Source: Candidatus Woesearchaeota archaeon (lineage in GTDB: Archaea; Nanobdellota; Nanobdellia; Woesearchaeales; GW2011-AR15). From it: DNA of 64,000 bases. The DNA lies in contig JAVZBY010000002.1 in NCBI GenBank assembly GCA_038874655.1, positions 74,238 to 138,237 of the forward strand. The letters run 5' to 3'. Positions 29,842 to 40,339 of this stretch are shown here, piece by piece. The first letter of the stretch is position 1, and each line of letters begins with the position of its first letter. A program made the position numbers and the translations under genes. The notes beneath the pieces are model-generated. The model saw only the letters and a program-made list of their open reading frames with translations. It was not told where the DNA came from and did not search any database.

Positions 29842-32591
29842 AAAAATATAATGACATTACTAATAAAATTAAAATAAAAATATTAAAAAAAATATTGCAA
29901 TTAATTTTTAGGTTATACTTTAGATTATACTTATTTATTTCATGTTTTATATTATTTATATTATTTTTTAATCCTGTCTTTTCACAAGAATTAAATTTTT
30001 CACTAGAATTAAATAAAGTCAATTTTTTTCTTAATGAACCTGTAATTATAAATTTAGAAGAGGATTATTATAAATTAAATAACACAAATTCATTTGATAA
30101 TTTAACATTAAAAATAATATCCCCAAACCATTATTATAATTATTTAGGAGGTCTAGATAAAAGATTAATTTTTCAACCAAATGAAATTGGTAAGCATTAT
30201 ATAGAATTATATTTTAATAATGAGCTGGTAAAAAAATTAGAATTTATTGTTTTTGAAACCAATTCTCAAGTTTCTGAGAATTCTTCTGTTTTAAATAACT
30301 TAAATATATCGCGAAACAATATATATAATAATGTTTCTGAAAATCAAACAGAAATTATGATTATTCAAAATTCAAATTTTTCAACAAAACAATCGAATAT
30401 AAAATTATTAGATATCATAAAAATTAATGTAAAACAAAATTATTCTTTAGATGAAAATGTTTTTATCACACTAACAAAAAATGAACAAACTCTTTATGCA
30501 ATAAATCCAAGAGAAGACATCAATTTTTCAAAATTAATAATACATTCAAATAAAGATTATGTTTATGAAAATCCAAAAAATAAAATAATTTTTAAACCTT
30601 CTGAACTTGGTAAACATGAAATTATTTTATATGATACTTTTGATAATGAAGTAGCAAGAGCATCATTTAATGTTATAGAAAATAAAAAATTTATTATTAA
30701 AGATAGTAAGGGGAAAAAAATAGATGCAACATTTCAATACAAAGATAAAATAAAAAAAAATATTTCTGAATTAATTTCTGAAATTAAAAATGAAAAAAAT
30801 CAAAAAATAGAATTAACAGTTTTACCTAATCTAAAAAATATAAAAAAAATTACTTTTAAAGATATAAACCTAGAAAATAGTTTTGATTTTTATCTAGAAG
30901 ATCTTGATACATTTAATTTAGAAAGAAGTTTCATAAAAGCATATGCAATTAATCCTGAAAATTTAGATTTCTCAGAAGCAATTTTAACAAGCATAAGTCA
31001 AGGAAAAACACTTTATAAGTGTGCAGAATGGAATTTTCAAGAACAAAAATGTTATGGTATTTGGAAAAAAATAATGTCTTTAGTTCCTGGACAAGAATAT
31101 AATGTTATTATAACAAAAAATGACCCTGCATATGCAGAAAGTAATGAACTTATTGAACCTAAACCTGTAAGTGGTTTTGTTTTTATGTCAGATAATACAA
31201 GAGCAAATAATGGTATTCCAGTAAGAATTTTTAATAAAGCAAATGGTGAAAGTGTTTTAACACAGGTTTATGCACCACCAATTCCAATATATAAAGGAGC
31301 TTATTCTGCTAATATTTATGGAATAACTGGAGATTCTATTGTTGTAAGAGCATGGAATTCTACACATTATGGCGAAACAAATGCAACTTTATTAGCAACA
31401 ACAACTTATGTTAATATAACAATTCAATATTTTAAAGGAAGTGAACCCAATGTTTCAATAATTTATCCATTAAATAATTCAATTTTTTATTTAGGTCAAA
31501 ATTTTAATATAACTGCAAAAGTTCAAATATTAAATAACAATGCAGAAAAGTGTTATGCTTCTTTTATTAGCACATTAGCTGAACCAATAACAGGGCAAAG
31601 TAATACAATTTTTTTAGGAGACATAATGCAAAATAATGAAATTACTTTTATGTTTAATTTAACTGCAATAAAAGGCGGCTATGAAAAATTAATTGTTAAT
31701 GTTTCTTGTTCAACAGATACAATTCTAGATGGCTTAAATATAGCAAGAGTAAATTTAACTTTTATTGATAATGTTAAACCAGAGATAACAATATTTAAAC
31801 CTCTAAATAATGAAGAATCATTAAATCCTATTAAGTTTATATTTAATGTTTCAGATCATACGGGCATAAAAAACTGCTCATTAATTTTTAATGGTAATTT
31901 AAATCAGACAATTTTTAATCCACAAATGTATATTTTACATTCTTTTAATTTAACCTTGCAAGCAGGAACATATAATTATAACATTGATTGTTATGATAAT
32001 TCAACTTTATTTAATTATAATATTACTGAAACCATAAACTTTTTTCTACCCTCATGGCATTTTTATTATGGTAATATAAGCTCAAAAATATTTTTAGGCT
32101 CTGGGGAAATTGAAAAATATTCTTGGGAAACCTATTCAGAGGCATATCTTTATGTGATTGAAACAAATACAGTTGTAGATTGGAATAATTTACAAGCATT
32201 AGGTAGAGATAAATTTAATAATTCAGAATTTAATGATTTTAACGAAGCAGATATCAATTTATCGATGCAAAATTTTGTTGATTCAATTAATAATACTTTT
32301 ACTCAAAATTATCAACCAAAAAAATTAGTTAATTTAACCATTTTCGGAAAAAGAATAAATAACATTCCAGTAATAAACTCAACAAATAACTCTAATTTTA
32401 TTACAGGCATTCTCTGGGAAATGACTGGCAATAATTATAATGGTAGCCAAAATTTAATATTCTTTACAAATAAAAGTATTGCAAAACAAGGCAAATTTGG
32501 TTTATATGAATATGAAATAAGAATCCCTGCTAATTTGAAAAATTATAAATTAAATTCTGGGACTATCACTTTTTATACTGAGATAATATAA
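29838..32591 (+). CDS. Secreted surface protein (917 aa), short paralogue of the giant protein
   Basis: Shares the N-terminal module (LYKCAEWNFQEQKCYGIW...DPAYAE) and the C-terminal domain (WHFYYGNIS...FITGILW...YEYEIRIPANL...FYTEI) with 13567..27957. Confidence 0.85.
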   Translation: MKKYNDITNKIKIKILKKILQLIFRLYFRLYLFISCFILFILFFNPVFSQELNFSLELNKVNFFLNEPVIINLEEDYYKLNNTNSFDNLTLKIISPNHYYNYLGGLDKRLIFQPNEIGKHYIELYFNNELVKKLEFIVFETNSQVSENSSVLNNLNISRNNIYNNVSENQTEIMIIQNSNFSTKQSNIKLLDIIKINVKQNYSLDENVFITLTKNEQTLYAINPREDINFSKLIIHSNKDYVYENPKNKIIFKPSELGKHEIILYDTFDNEVARASFNVIENKKFIIKDSKGKKIDATFQYKDKIKKNISELISEIKNEKNQKIELTVLPNLKNIKKITFKDINLENSFDFYLEDLDTFNLERSFIKAYAINPENLDFSEAILTSISQGKTLYKCAEWNFQEQKCYGIWKKIMSLVPGQEYNVIITKNDPAYAESNELIEPKPVSGFVFMSDNTRANNGIPVRIFNKANGESVLTQVYAPPIPIYKGAYSANIYGITGDSIVVRAWNSTHYGETNATLLATTTYVNITIQYFKGSEPNVSIIYPLNNSIFYLGQNFNITAKVQILNNNAEKCYASFISTLAEPITGQSNTIFLGDIMQNNEITFMFNLTAIKGGYEKLIVNVSCSTDTILDGLNIARVNLTFIDNVKPEITIFKPLNNEESLNPIKFIFNVSDHTGIKNCSLIFNGNLNQTIFNPQMYILHSFNLTLQAGTYNYNIDCYDNSTLFNYNITETINFFLPSWHFYYGNISSKIFLGSGEIEKYSWETYSEAYLYVIETNTVVDWNNLQALGRDKFNNSEFNDFNEADINLSMQNFVDSINNTFTQNYQPKKLVNLTIFGKRINNIPVINSTNNSNFITGILWEMTGNNYNGSQNLIFFTNKSIAKQGKFGLYEYEIRIPANLKNYKLNSGTITFYTEII

Positions 32592-32623
32592 TATTTATAA
32601 GGTTTTATTTTTTTATTATTTAT

Positions 32624-33133
32624 ATGAAAAGCCAAACCCATATATTACTAAATCTAATAATTTTACTTCCTTTATTATATTTAATTTATGGTCTGTCATT
32701 TTTTCAATTAAATTTTTTACATCTATTTATAGCGATATATATTTTTAGTAATTTGCCTGATATTGATAATTCAAAATCAAAAATCAGCAAAACCTTTTTT
32801 GTTTTTTATTTAATCCTTGGTTTTATAGGAATAAATAATCTTTTAAAATACACATTAGAATCAATCTTAATTGGATTAGTTCAAATAACAATTGCAATTA
32901 TCCTAGCATCCTATCATTTTATAATAGCAGATAACTCAAAAAAACATAGAAAATTTCCTCACTCGTTTACCTTTGGAATAATCTCCTCAATTATTTTTGG
33001 TATTTTCACTTCAATTGAAATGGCTTTAATTGCTTTTTTTTGTTTTTTCTTGCATTTACTTTTTGATAATTACCTAATTCAAGCATTACAAAATGATTTA
33101 AGATTTTGGAGAAAGATTTTTTTCTTTTTTTAG
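32624..33133 (+). CDS. Membrane-bound metal-dependent hydrolase (YdjM-like)
   Basis: TH, LPDID, HRKFPHS and HLLFD motifs within hydrophobic helices. Confidence 0.85.
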   Translation: MKSQTHILLNLIILLPLLYLIYGLSFFQLNFLHLFIAIYIFSNLPDIDNSKSKISKTFFVFYLILGFIGINNLLKYTLESILIGLVQITIAIILASYHFIIADNSKKHRKFPHSFTFGIISSIIFGIFTSIEMALIAFFCFFLHLLFDNYLIQALQNDLRFWRKIFFFF

Positions 33134-34030
33134 ATTAATATTTTTTTCATTATTTTTCTGTTCATTAATTCTTTTTTTTAAATAATTTAGATTTAATCTA
33201 TCTCTTATTTTTATAAATAAAAAAATAATTATAAAAAACAAAAGAAATATAACAACCAAATCCCACAAATTTTTCAAACTAAAATTTTTTAAATAATCTA
33301 AAATAATTTCATAAATCTTTTTTTTTATTATTCTTTCTTCTTTTCTTGTTTCCATAAATGTCTTATTTTCTTTTACAAAAATATATTCAGTTTTTTTTCT
33401 GCATTCTTCTATTTTTGGTTCAATTATTGTTCCAATTGCCCAATAATTTGTATTTTTATCAATCTTTTGTGTTGGTTTATCAACTAAAATAGTTTCCATA
33501 GGACCAATAACAATATCATAATTCTCACTATAAAAATCAGCATCATTGACAGAGATCTTTTTTTCTTCAAAAGCTTTTTTTAAATTTTCTCCACCATAAA
33601 CACCATAGGGAAATTTGCTTTCATTAATATATGAAAAATTAACTTTAAATAAACCCCATTGATTTTCTAAATTAGTAATCTGTAAATTAGGATAAACATT
33701 ATTCCCTATTGTTATAACATTCCCACCAAAAGTAGAAAACCTAAAACTTCTGTTTTCACAAATTGTTTTCTCATAAGGAATGCTTTTATTTACTTCTCTA
33801 ATAACATAATAAGGAATATTTATGTAATCAATTCCATAATTAACCTCCAAATTTAAAAAAATAAAAAATAAAATTGAAATAATAATAAAAAAAACTAAAA
33901 AAAAAGGAAATTTTCTTTTAATTAGTATTTCTGATTTACAATTTTCACAAAGAATCTTCTTTTTAAATAAGAAACTTAATCTACTATAATTATTATGACA
34001 ATTACAATTTGGACATTTTATCTTTGCCAC
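33098..34030 (-). CDS. Membrane protein with N-terminal zinc ribbon
   Basis: CPNC...CENC, two TM segments flanking an extracellular domain; GTG start. Confidence 0.7.
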   Translation of the reverse strand: MAKIKCPNCNCHNNYSRLSFLFKKKILCENCKSEILIKRKFPFFLVFFIIISILFFIFLNLEVNYGIDYINIPYYVIREVNKSIPYEKTICENRSFRFSTFGGNVITIGNNVYPNLQITNLENQWGLFKVNFSYINESKFPYGVYGGENLKKAFEEKKISVNDADFYSENYDIVIGPMETILVDKPTQKIDKNTNYWAIGTIIEPKIEECRKKTEYIFVKENKTFMETRKEERIIKKKIYEIILDYLKNFSLKNLWDLVVIFLLFFIIIFLFIKIRDRLNLNYLKKRINEQKNNEKNINLKKEKNLSPKS

Positions 34031-34106
34031 AAAATATCACAATAATTTTATTATAATTCTTTTTTAAAAAATTTTTCTTAAATTTTTCAATTAAAAAAAT
34101 CTTATA

Positions 34107-34120
34107 GAAAACTATATAAA
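34107..34120 (+). promoter_or_regulatory. Putative BRE + TATA promoter
   Basis: GAAAAC-TATATAAA about 38 nt before ATG 34158; a purine-rich GAGGG/GGGG SD-like stretch precedes the ATG. Confidence 0.45.
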
Positions 34121-34157
34121 CTTAAAATATTCTATATAAATAGAGGGAAAGGGGAAA

Positions 34158-35231
34158 ATGGCTCTTTTTAAAAACTTATATTTGGATTTAAGTTATTTAA
34201 ACCCTTTTTCATATTTTAAAAAAAACAATAAAAGTGATAAAATCCAATATAATGATGTATCCAAAAATCAGGTTTATTCTTCAGAAGCATATTCAAATAA
34301 TTTTAACAATCTAAAATTAGATGATAATATGTTAATTGATTCTCAAATCAATACAATCTCTAATGAAGAAAATGAAAAAACAGAAAACCTGGAATTGCCT
34401 GATGTTTCCAAAAAACTTCTTTCTGAAAAAAATGAAACAGAAAAAAAGCTTCCAAAAATAAATATTGTTATGCCTCCTCCTTTGATTAATAATTCTGACT
34501 CACAAACACCAATTAAAAATTCGGATGAAAAAAATATTTTATTGCACAATAAATTCAGTATAGAATCATCACAGCAATTACAAAATTCAAGTTATTTAAA
34601 TCAAATAGATAAAAAGAATGAAGAATCATTTATAGAAAATACATCTTTTTCACACTCTTATTTTAACGATATCTATCATCAATTAAATACAAATCAGATA
34701 AACAAATCTTTGTCAAATAAAATTTATAATCCTAATTTATTAGAAGAAATGCAAACTTTTTGGAAACTTAAAAAAGAAGAGATAAATCAAATCAAATTTA
34801 ATTCAACAGTCAAAACAGAATTATTAAAAAAATTAACAGAATTACAAAAATTAGAAACAGAGTGGCAGAATCTTCAATTACAAAGCGAAAAAATCAATGA
34901 TTTACTCTTTTCAAAGGAGATTCTTATAGAAAATCAAGTAAAACAAATAAAAAAATTGTTTAAAAAACTACATTTAACTGTAAATGCACCATTAAATCAA
35001 GAATTTATATTATCAAATGGTAATAGAATTTATAATCTTAATGAATTAATTAATATTCTAAAGAATATAGAGGATAATATCTTTTTTTATCATGTTAATG
35101 ACAATAAAAATGATTTTTATAACTGGATAAGAGACGTTTTTGGCTTTAATGAGTTAGCAGATCAAATAAAAAATATAAAAGATAAAAATCAAATGGCAGA
35201 TATAATAGAAAAATGGGCTAATCATATTTAA
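34158..35231 (+). CDS. Cytoplasmic coiled-coil protein with C-terminal DUF5752-like domain
   Basis: FILSNGNRIYNLNEL...FFYHVNDNKNDFYNWIRDVFG. Confidence 0.8.
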   Translation: MALFKNLYLDLSYLNPFSYFKKNNKSDKIQYNDVSKNQVYSSEAYSNNFNNLKLDDNMLIDSQINTISNEENEKTENLELPDVSKKLLSEKNETEKKLPKINIVMPPPLINNSDSQTPIKNSDEKNILLHNKFSIESSQQLQNSSYLNQIDKKNEESFIENTSFSHSYFNDIYHQLNTNQINKSLSNKIYNPNLLEEMQTFWKLKKEEINQIKFNSTVKTELLKKLTELQKLETEWQNLQLQSEKINDLLFSKEILIENQVKQIKKLFKKLHLTVNAPLNQEFILSNGNRIYNLNELINILKNIEDNIFFYHVNDNKNDFYNWIRDVFGFNELADQIKNIKDKNQMADIIEKWANHI

Positions 35232-35348
35232 GTTAATTCTATTTTTTGATTTATACTTAATTTTTTTATATTTATGACAAATAGGTTCTCTAATTTTTTC
35301 CTTTTTTATACTTTTTTAATTCTTTTTTATAGATTTCTTAATCAAAAT

Positions 35349-35363
35349 CGAAAGATTTAAATA
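35349..35363 (+). promoter_or_regulatory. Putative BRE + TATA promoter of the subunit operon
   Basis: CGAAAG-ATTTAAATA upstream of 35561; SD GGTG at 35553-35556. Confidence 0.45.
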
Positions 35364-35560
35364 TATGTTAGTATACTAATTTGTATATTAATACATAAAA
35401 ATAGTATTTTTGTATGCTAAAATACAAAAATAAATAAAAAGTATATCAAAATATATTTTACAATATTAAAATACTATTTTATTGTAAATTTGTTGCAAAA
35501 AAACAAAACAAGCAAGCATATCCTTAGCTTTTTAAAAAAAAGCTAGCAAGCAGGTGTAAA

Positions 35561-35770
35561 ATGAAACCAACTGAATGGGTTAAATTAGTTTATAGTGAAA
35601 CCCCTGATAAAGCAAATGTAAAACAGGGTTTTCTTTATGATGAGGGAGATTTCTATAGAATTGTTGGTTCTAATTCTGAAACACTTGTAAGAAAAGTCAA
35701 TGTCATCTCTATTACTAAAAAAATTAATTTTGAAAAAAAGGTGAGAAACTATGAAAGAATTAGGCTATAA
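35561..35770 (+). CDS. Small beta-rich protein, possibly Sm/SH3-like fold
   Basis: 69 aa, good SD (CAGGTG), overlaps the next gene; pattern VKLVY...KQGFLYDEGDFYRI...LVRKVNVISI. Confidence 0.6.
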   Translation: MKPTEWVKLVYSETPDKANVKQGFLYDEGDFYRIVGSNSETLVRKVNVISITKKINFEKKVRNYERIRL

Positions 35771-36548
35771 ATTATTAACTTATTTATCAGTTGTTTTTGT
35801 TTTTTTAATTGCATTTTTTTATGCAAATGCAATTGAAGTCCCAATGGGAGCACAAACAGTAACAGAAGGATATGAATCCACAATTAACAATAGTAATTAT
35901 CCTCCAGCATCAATTCAAGCATATGCTGGTAATATCTCACAATTGACAATCTTTGGTAGATCACAAACAAAACACTGGCAAGGTTATTATGGTGAAGTTT
36001 CAGGTGTAATTGTTTTGGATGATGCACAAAACTGGACAATGTATGACTGGCCAAACCCAGAACCAAAAGGTGAAATATATGCAACAGTTAGTGCAACAAC
36101 ACCTATCTGGAATACAATAAGATGCTTTAATTACTCTGGAACAGAGGCAGGCAGCACAAATAACACCTTTTACTGGGAATCATTTTACAACATGACCTTT
36201 AATGATGTTGACGGAATTGATGAAACTTTCAATATTACACAGCATCCAACTTTTGATGTAGGTGAATTTACAATCACAGAAAACACATGTCCAAGTACAT
36301 TCACACATGTTAATGACCAATGGCAAGAACAAAGATTTGTAGAAATTTTATTACAAGATGCAAACGGTCTTTTAATCTTTACAACAATAATAGAAAATAA
36401 AGATGAAGGTATTAATGATGATGTTGTTGGTTATAATGGAGTTACTCATGACTTTCAATTATTAGTTGCAGAAGATGGTACAAGTAGATCAGGTGGAGCT
36501 AGAAACCAAGACACAACAACATATTACTTTTACTTAGATTTAGAATAA
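35751..36548 (+). CDS. Secreted putative filament/lattice subunit, paralogue A
   Basis: Signal peptide, SD AGGTGA; AYAGNI...WQGYYGEVSG..LDD...YDW...DFQLLV...YYFYLDLE; one Cys pair. Confidence 0.8.
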   Translation: MKELGYKLLTYLSVVFVFLIAFFYANAIEVPMGAQTVTEGYESTINNSNYPPASIQAYAGNISQLTIFGRSQTKHWQGYYGEVSGVIVLDDAQNWTMYDWPNPEPKGEIYATVSATTPIWNTIRCFNYSGTEAGSTNNTFYWESFYNMTFNDVDGIDETFNITQHPTFDVGEFTITENTCPSTFTHVNDQWQEQRFVEILLQDANGLLIFTTIIENKDEGINDDVVGYNGVTHDFQLLVAEDGTSRSGGARNQDTTTYYFYLDLE

Positions 36549-36652
36549 AAGTACTTTTATTTTTTTAATAAAATTATAATAAAAAATTATGATAAAAAGC
36601 AAAGTAGGTTTAAGATAAGGAAAAAAGGTAAGAAGGCTAGGAGGCAAAAATC

Positions 36653-37426
36653 ATGAAAAATTTCCAAGAAAGCAAAGGAAAAGAAATGACAAAAGTAGTC
36701 ATTTCTATCATGATTTTTGCCTCTCTATTATTTTCCTTAATAATAGCACAATTGATAATAGTTAAAGCAGACCCTGATGGTGCGGATGTTGTTTATATAA
36801 CTAATTCAAGTAAAGTTGCAAAAACCCCTGATAATAGAACAGATGCAAAAGGAACTATAACAACTATTTTTTTAAATACAGTTCAGCAAAACATAAGATG
36901 GAAAGCATATGTAGGAAATGTATCAGGTAAATTAGTTTTAAGGGATGCAGAACAATACAGCATTTATGAATGGCCAGCAATGGCAAACCCAGATGGTGTT
37001 ATTTTTATAACAATGAATCAAAGTATAGATTGGACTACTATTCAATGTGCAAACACAAGTGATATACAAAACTTTCAATTATCATTAGGTCATAGTAATT
37101 CAGCTCTTGATAATGTTAATAATACCTTTAATACAAAAATTCATCAAAGTTTTGATGTAGGTGTAAAGCCATTTTCAAGTAATCAATGTTGGTCAGCATT
37201 TCCTTGGGTAAATAACTCAGCACAAACACCTAGTACAAATGCTTTATTTCAAGAAGTTTTACTTATGGATGCAAACAGAAGAATTATTTTTGCTTCATTA
37301 ATTGATCAAGATACTCAAAGTTATAGAAATGATGGTACAACAAAATATGATTTTCAAGCTTTAGTTCCTGATTACACTAGTGCAGAAAATGCACTTTATT
37401 ATTTTTATGTTGAAATATCTGGATAA
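36653..37426 (+). CDS. Secreted putative filament/lattice subunit, paralogue B
   Basis: Signal peptide; WKAYVGNVSG..LRD...YEW...FQEVLL...YDFQALVP...YYFYVEI. Confidence 0.8.
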   Translation: MKNFQESKGKEMTKVVISIMIFASLLFSLIIAQLIIVKADPDGADVVYITNSSKVAKTPDNRTDAKGTITTIFLNTVQQNIRWKAYVGNVSGKLVLRDAEQYSIYEWPAMANPDGVIFITMNQSIDWTTIQCANTSDIQNFQLSLGHSNSALDNVNNTFNTKIHQSFDVGVKPFSSNQCWSAFPWVNNSAQTPSTNALFQEVLLMDANRRIIFASLIDQDTQSYRNDGTTKYDFQALVPDYTSAENALYYFYVEISG

Positions 37427-37470
37427 AAATAAATTAAATTATTGACTATAATAAAAAGGAAAAGATAAAA

Positions 37471-38394
37471 ATGGAAAATGTAATGCCAAGCAAAACAGAG
37501 CAAAACCTTATTTTAATAGGTTTATCTCTATTATTTGTAGCTTGGCTTCTATTATTGATTGAACCCTTGATAAATAGTCAACCTTATAATTCAACAGCAT
37601 TAGTTAACACAACAGTTAATATAACAAATTCAGCTCCAATGGTTTATAATGTTTTTTTAGATACACCAATTAATTTAATAGCTTATGGTAATAAAACAGT
37701 ATATTGTAATGCTACAATTTTTGATTTTGATAATCAAACTATTGCAGTTAATGCTACTCTATACATTGTTGGTATAACAGATGAAAATTCACCAGATGAT
37801 GGCAATGATCATTATACAAATACAAGTTGTACAAGAGTAAGTCCACAAGATAGAGAAATGCAATACAGATGTGCATTTTCAGTAAGATATTATGCTAATA
37901 ATAATACTAATTGGCGTTGTAATGTTACAGCTATAGATACAGGTAATGCAATTAACTCAAATATTTCAAATTTAGCAACAATAAATCCTTTAGTTGCTAT
38001 AAAATTACCCCCTTTAATTGATTATGGTGATTTAGCAGTTTGGGATATTTCACAAGATATAGATGCTAATGTAACAAACGCAGGAAACAGAGACGCAAAT
38101 ATCTCTGTAGAAGGATGGGGCTCAACCCCTGGAGATGGCTTAGCATTTGTTTGTGATTTTGGGTCAATAGCAATATCTTATGAAAGATATGACATTACAA
38201 CAGGAACAAACTATAATTTAATGTCTCAATTAAGTACTACAACAACAATGATTCAAAACTTTTATGTTCCTCAAAGAACAAGCGAAATATATGATTCAAT
38301 TAACTCAACATGGTGGAAAGTACAAATTCCAATAGGCGCAGGTGGTGTTTGTAATGGAACAATCTTATTTACAGCAACAGATAGAGGGAATTAA
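37471..38394 (+). CDS. Secreted two-domain beta-sandwich protein (paralogue of 54487..55395)
   Basis: N-terminal hydrophobic segment, SQPYN..NTTVNITNSAP, Cys-containing Ig-like domain, C-terminal WKVQIPIGAGGVCNGTILFTATDRG. Confidence 0.8.
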   Translation: MENVMPSKTEQNLILIGLSLLFVAWLLLLIEPLINSQPYNSTALVNTTVNITNSAPMVYNVFLDTPINLIAYGNKTVYCNATIFDFDNQTIAVNATLYIVGITDENSPDDGNDHYTNTSCTRVSPQDREMQYRCAFSVRYYANNNTNWRCNVTAIDTGNAINSNISNLATINPLVAIKLPPLIDYGDLAVWDISQDIDANVTNAGNRDANISVEGWGSTPGDGLAFVCDFGSIAISYERYDITTGTNYNLMSQLSTTTTMIQNFYVPQRTSEIYDSINSTWWKVQIPIGAGGVCNGTILFTATDRGN

Positions 38395-38405
38395 TTTTTT
38401 TCTTC

Positions 38406-40313
38406 TTATTCTTTGTTAATATTTTCTTTATCTTGCTTTTCATCTTGTGTATTTTTTTTAGTATCTATTTGACTATTTTCTTTGTTATCTTTAAACTCAT
38501 TATTAAGCTCTTCTTCCACTTCTTTTTCTTCTCTCAATTTTTTATATTGCAGTAATATATCTTTATGAGTTTTTTGTATTAATAATAAACTTCTTTTTAA
38601 ATTATTCAATTTCTTATTTTCATCAGAATCATCATTAAATTGGTAATTATTTATTTCTTCTATAGTGTTAATTAAATAATCTTGGCTTTCAATAGGATAT
38701 TTGCTTTTATTATTATGAAGTTCCATTATTGAAAATCGTATATCTTTTAAACAAACAGCTAAATTTTTATCAATATTTTTATAATTAATATAATTCAATA
38801 TATTTAATGCTTTAATCTCTTCTTTTCTTATTTCTTCAAATTCAATTTTTATTAATTTTTCTAAATAATCTTCATGTTCCAATATTGTTTTCCTTAATTT
38901 ATTTTTTTTCCTTTTTTCATCATAAACATAATTTTTTATAATTACATAAATAATTAAAGGAATTATAATTAAAATCATCAAAAATATCCAAACCTCAATT
39001 TCACAAAAATAATATAAATACATAGAAACAGCAATTTCTAATAATATAATAATCAAAATAAAAACTTTTAGATTTCTGTTTAAATCATATATTTTTATTA
39101 ATTGTTCTATTTTTCTTAATTTTTTAAACTCCTTGCTGTTTTTAATTTTTAATGTATATGCTTTTCCTATTAAATATATTAATAAACTAAAAACAGATGC
39201 TAATAAAACAAATAGCCATGGGAAATCACCACAACCCTTTGCTAAAAAAATAGCAATAGTACTAGGTTTTTCTAAGCTAGGTTTTTCACATGGCTGACAA
39301 GGGCCTCCGCAATCTATTTGCTCTTCTCCTTGATTTTTAAAACCATCATTACAAGTAGGCTCTTCACAAATATTTTTAGTTGGATTACAAAAACCAGATT
39401 TACAATCATAATCAAATAAGCATTTTTTACCTAAATCACATGGCTTGCATTTTAGACCTCCACAATCAACATCAGTTTCATCTTGGTTTCTTAAAAGATC
39501 AAAACAGGTTCCTAAATAAATACAGGTTCTATTTAATTCAGGTTTTAAAAATTCTGTTGTACAATTATTTCTATCAAAACATTCTCTATTTTGAATTTCA
39601 GTTATAGGACATTCTTCAGGAAACCATTCACTACAAAGCCAATCTTCTTGACAATATGCAGATGTTAAATTTTGATTTCCTAAACCTTCTGCACTTCCAG
39701 TAGCATAACCCCCTGTGCCACCACCAGTACCACCTCCAGCACTAGCTCCACCACCTCCTGCAGAAGCACTTCCTTCTGTACTTCCAGTAGCATTGCCACT
39801 TCCAGACCCTGTTCCAGATTGATTACTAGGACATTTACCACAATCTTCTTGACAAACAATACAATTTTCTGTAATTTCACAATGTCCATTTCCACATCTA
39901 GGGTTAGGTGTTATATTAACCATTTGATAATTCAATCCATAAAAATCACTATACCAAACCGTATCTCCTATAGTTAATGCAGTTTCATTATTTATCTTAA
40001 AAATAATATTTTGTCCAAACACAGCACCTTCTATTTTGTTAGTATAATTGTCATCACCTAAACATGTTAAAACACCATAATAACCAGGATTTATAATAGA
40101 AAAAGAACCACAACTTATATTTCCTGCATAAACATCAATCTTTGTTCCAACACTTAAAGGACTATTATTTAGATCAAGCCATGTTGCAGTTCCATAAAAC
40201 TCAGTAGGAATAGGAGGAATAGCCGTAGAAATATATAATAAACAAATAAACAATACACTTAAAAAAATTTTAATAAACTCTTTCTTACTTATTTTTTTAA
40301 TAATTCTTTTCAT
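38406..40313 (-). CDS. Membrane-anchored Cys-rich surface protein
   Basis: Signal peptide, PPIPTEFYG domain, CGNGHC module, Gly/Ser linker, CSEW..R.CFDRNNC, two NQxExxxDCGG repeats, about 3 TMs and a cytoplasmic coiled coil. Confidence 0.8.
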   Translation of the reverse strand: MKRIIKKISKKEFIKIFLSVLFICLLYISTAIPPIPTEFYGTATWLDLNNSPLSVGTKIDVYAGNISCGSFSIINPGYYGVLTCLGDDNYTNKIEGAVFGQNIIFKINNETALTIGDTVWYSDFYGLNYQMVNITPNPRCGNGHCEITENCIVCQEDCGKCPSNQSGTGSGSGNATGSTEGSASAGGGGASAGGGTGGGTGGYATGSAEGLGNQNLTSAYCQEDWLCSEWFPEECPITEIQNRECFDRNNCTTEFLKPELNRTCIYLGTCFDLLRNQDETDVDCGGLKCKPCDLGKKCLFDYDCKSGFCNPTKNICEEPTCNDGFKNQGEEQIDCGGPCQPCEKPSLEKPSTIAIFLAKGCGDFPWLFVLLASVFSLLIYLIGKAYTLKIKNSKEFKKLRKIEQLIKIYDLNRNLKVFILIIILLEIAVSMYLYYFCEIEVWIFLMILIIIPLIIYVIIKNYVYDEKRKKNKLRKTILEHEDYLEKLIKIEFEEIRKEEIKALNILNYINYKNIDKNLAVCLKDIRFSIMELHNNKSKYPIESQDYLINTIEEINNYQFNDDSDENKKLNNLKRSLLLIQKTHKDILLQYKKLREEKEVEEELNNEFKDNKENSQIDTKKNTQDEKQDKENINKE

Positions 40314-40339
40314 CTTTTTTTATTATTTTGTTTTTTTTA

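Noticed and set aside
35751-37426. Subunits as type IV pilins or archaellins
   Set aside because: No class III signal peptide (K/R-G then hydrophobic) is evident; the leaders look like class I, and no assembly ATPase or TadC-like gene is present.
39690-39820. GC-richer repetitive stretch (also 46385-46450) considered as an RNA gene or repeat element
   Set aside because: Explained by Gly/Ser/Ala/Thr linker codons in the surface proteins.
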